Positions 21,183-21,916 of a stretch of 21,916 bases of DNA are shown here, piece by piece; the stretch's first letter is position 1; each line of letters begins with the position of its first letter. This DNA comes from Chiloscyllium plagiosum. Lineage: Eukaryota. A program made the translations under genes and the position numbers. The notes beneath the pieces are model-generated. The model made no database searches. It saw only the letters and a program-made list of their open reading frames with translations, and was not told the origin of the DNA. The stretch covers positions 8,080,458-8,102,373 of the forward strand of contig NC_057757.1 in NCBI RefSeq assembly GCF_004010195.1, read 5' to 3'.

Positions 21183-21753
21183 CAGTGGAAACTCGATTAT
21201 CCAAGCGAGATGGGCGGGCACTATTTCGTTCGGATAATCGAGTATTCGGAAAATCGATTAAACGCCTTTCCTCTGAGGCTCAGAATTTTAAAGTCTGCTC
21301 TCCATTCAGGAGACTCGCAGCAGCACACAGTGTGCAAGACCCCGCCCCGGCCCCTCCTCCTCATCCAACTCCTCCCCCCAACCCATTCCAACCCCGTTCA
21401 CCCCGACCACCCAACCCCGTCCAGCCCCTTCCCTCTCCCCCGTCTCCCAACACCATTCAACTCCTGCCCCCCCACCTGTCTTTTTGAGGTAAGTCTCCAA
21501 ATAGCGCACACATCCACACACACATGCACAACATATGAGTGCAAATTTTTGACAGGTTCCCTGTTTGCCCTGTACAGGACCATGTTGGAGAGATTATCCC
21601 TGGGAAGCAGGGTAGGTTAGGGTACACCCCTCTGTAGAATTCCAGGGAAAGTGTGGGGGGAGAAAGAGAGGGCGGGAGGTCAGTCATTTGGAGACGGTGC
21701 CTGTTTAATCATTGTAAACAAAAGACACGATCGCTGCTGGAAATACGTCTTTG
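21183..21753. mobile_element. Duplicate of the Tigger-like MITE, second TIR lost at the fold-back junction
   Basis: Starts cagtggaaactcgattatcc; mirror of 9472-9951 with about 140 bp of internal sequence (21480-21620) not matched in the left copy. Confidence 0.85.
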
Positions 21754-21916
21754 CACCTAGGCACCTTACAAGGTGCCTAGGTGCAAAGACGTATTTCCAG
21801 CAGCGATCGTGTCTTTTGTTTACAATGATTAAACAGGCACCGTCTCCAAATGACTGACCTCCCGCCCTCTCTCTCTCCCCCCACACTTTCCCTGGAATTC
21901 TACAGAGGGGTGTACC
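21621..21916. repeat. Near-perfect palindrome (147-bp arms, 2-nt spacer) reaching the window end
   Basis: 21621-21767 is the reverse complement of 21770-21916 with one mismatch seen; centre gcacctt-ac-aaggtgc. Confidence 0.97.

Larger units (their letters stand above)
16322..21753 (-). repeat. Right arm of large inverted duplication
   Basis: Reverse complement of 9472-14494; about 10 differences in a 240-bp sample (11281-11520 vs 19370-19610). Confidence 0.97.

Noticed and set aside
21181..21220. CACAGTG heptamers (also in SINE heads and near 7169) as V(D)J recombination signals
   Set aside because: No ACAAAAACC-like nonamer at 12 or 23 bp spacing where checked, and no Ig/TCR segments.
9472..21753. 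Giant DNA transposon (Maverick/foldback) with multi-kb TIRs
   Set aside because: The arms are made of ordinary decayed nested TEs, end in the middle of a MITE, and enclose no transposase or polymerase.
21651..21886. Two near-identical 68-aa ORFs on opposite strands
   Set aside because: Automatic consequence of the palindrome; no coding evidence.
1..21916. CRISPR array, retron or other prokaryotic RT system
   Set aside because: No regularly spaced repeats; all RT fragments are degenerate eukaryotic CR1, Gypsy, Rex1 or Penelope types.

Overview
Repeat-saturated vertebrate genomic DNA, very probably from a shark or ray (HE1/V-SINE-type SINEs with partner CR1 LINEs). No intact host gene is present, and there are two assembly gaps (4752-5719, 15822-16321). 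The left part holds a decayed Penelope 3' end, several CR1 LINE relics, a SINE and a (TG)n microsatellite. From 5826 to 13978 lies a decayed Gmr1-type Gypsy LTR retrotransposon (element A: LTR, tRNA-Pro PBS, gag with SCAN-like domain and CCHC knuckle, PR-INT-RT-RH, PPT, LTR) carrying many nested insertions (CR1, Rex1/Babar, SINEs, a Tigger-like MITE). It abuts a second, oppositely oriented Gmr1-type relic (element B). The dominant higher-order structure is a ~5 kb inverted duplication (9472-14494 vs 16322-21753, about 95% identical by eye) whose centre includes a gap. The right arm ends in a near-perfect fold-back palindrome running to the window edge. Comparing the arms exposes pre- and post-insertion states of several events, including insertions with target-site deletions and templated repair scars. 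I found no convincing new biological system; the interest is in genome-structure and repair history. All alignments were done by eye.
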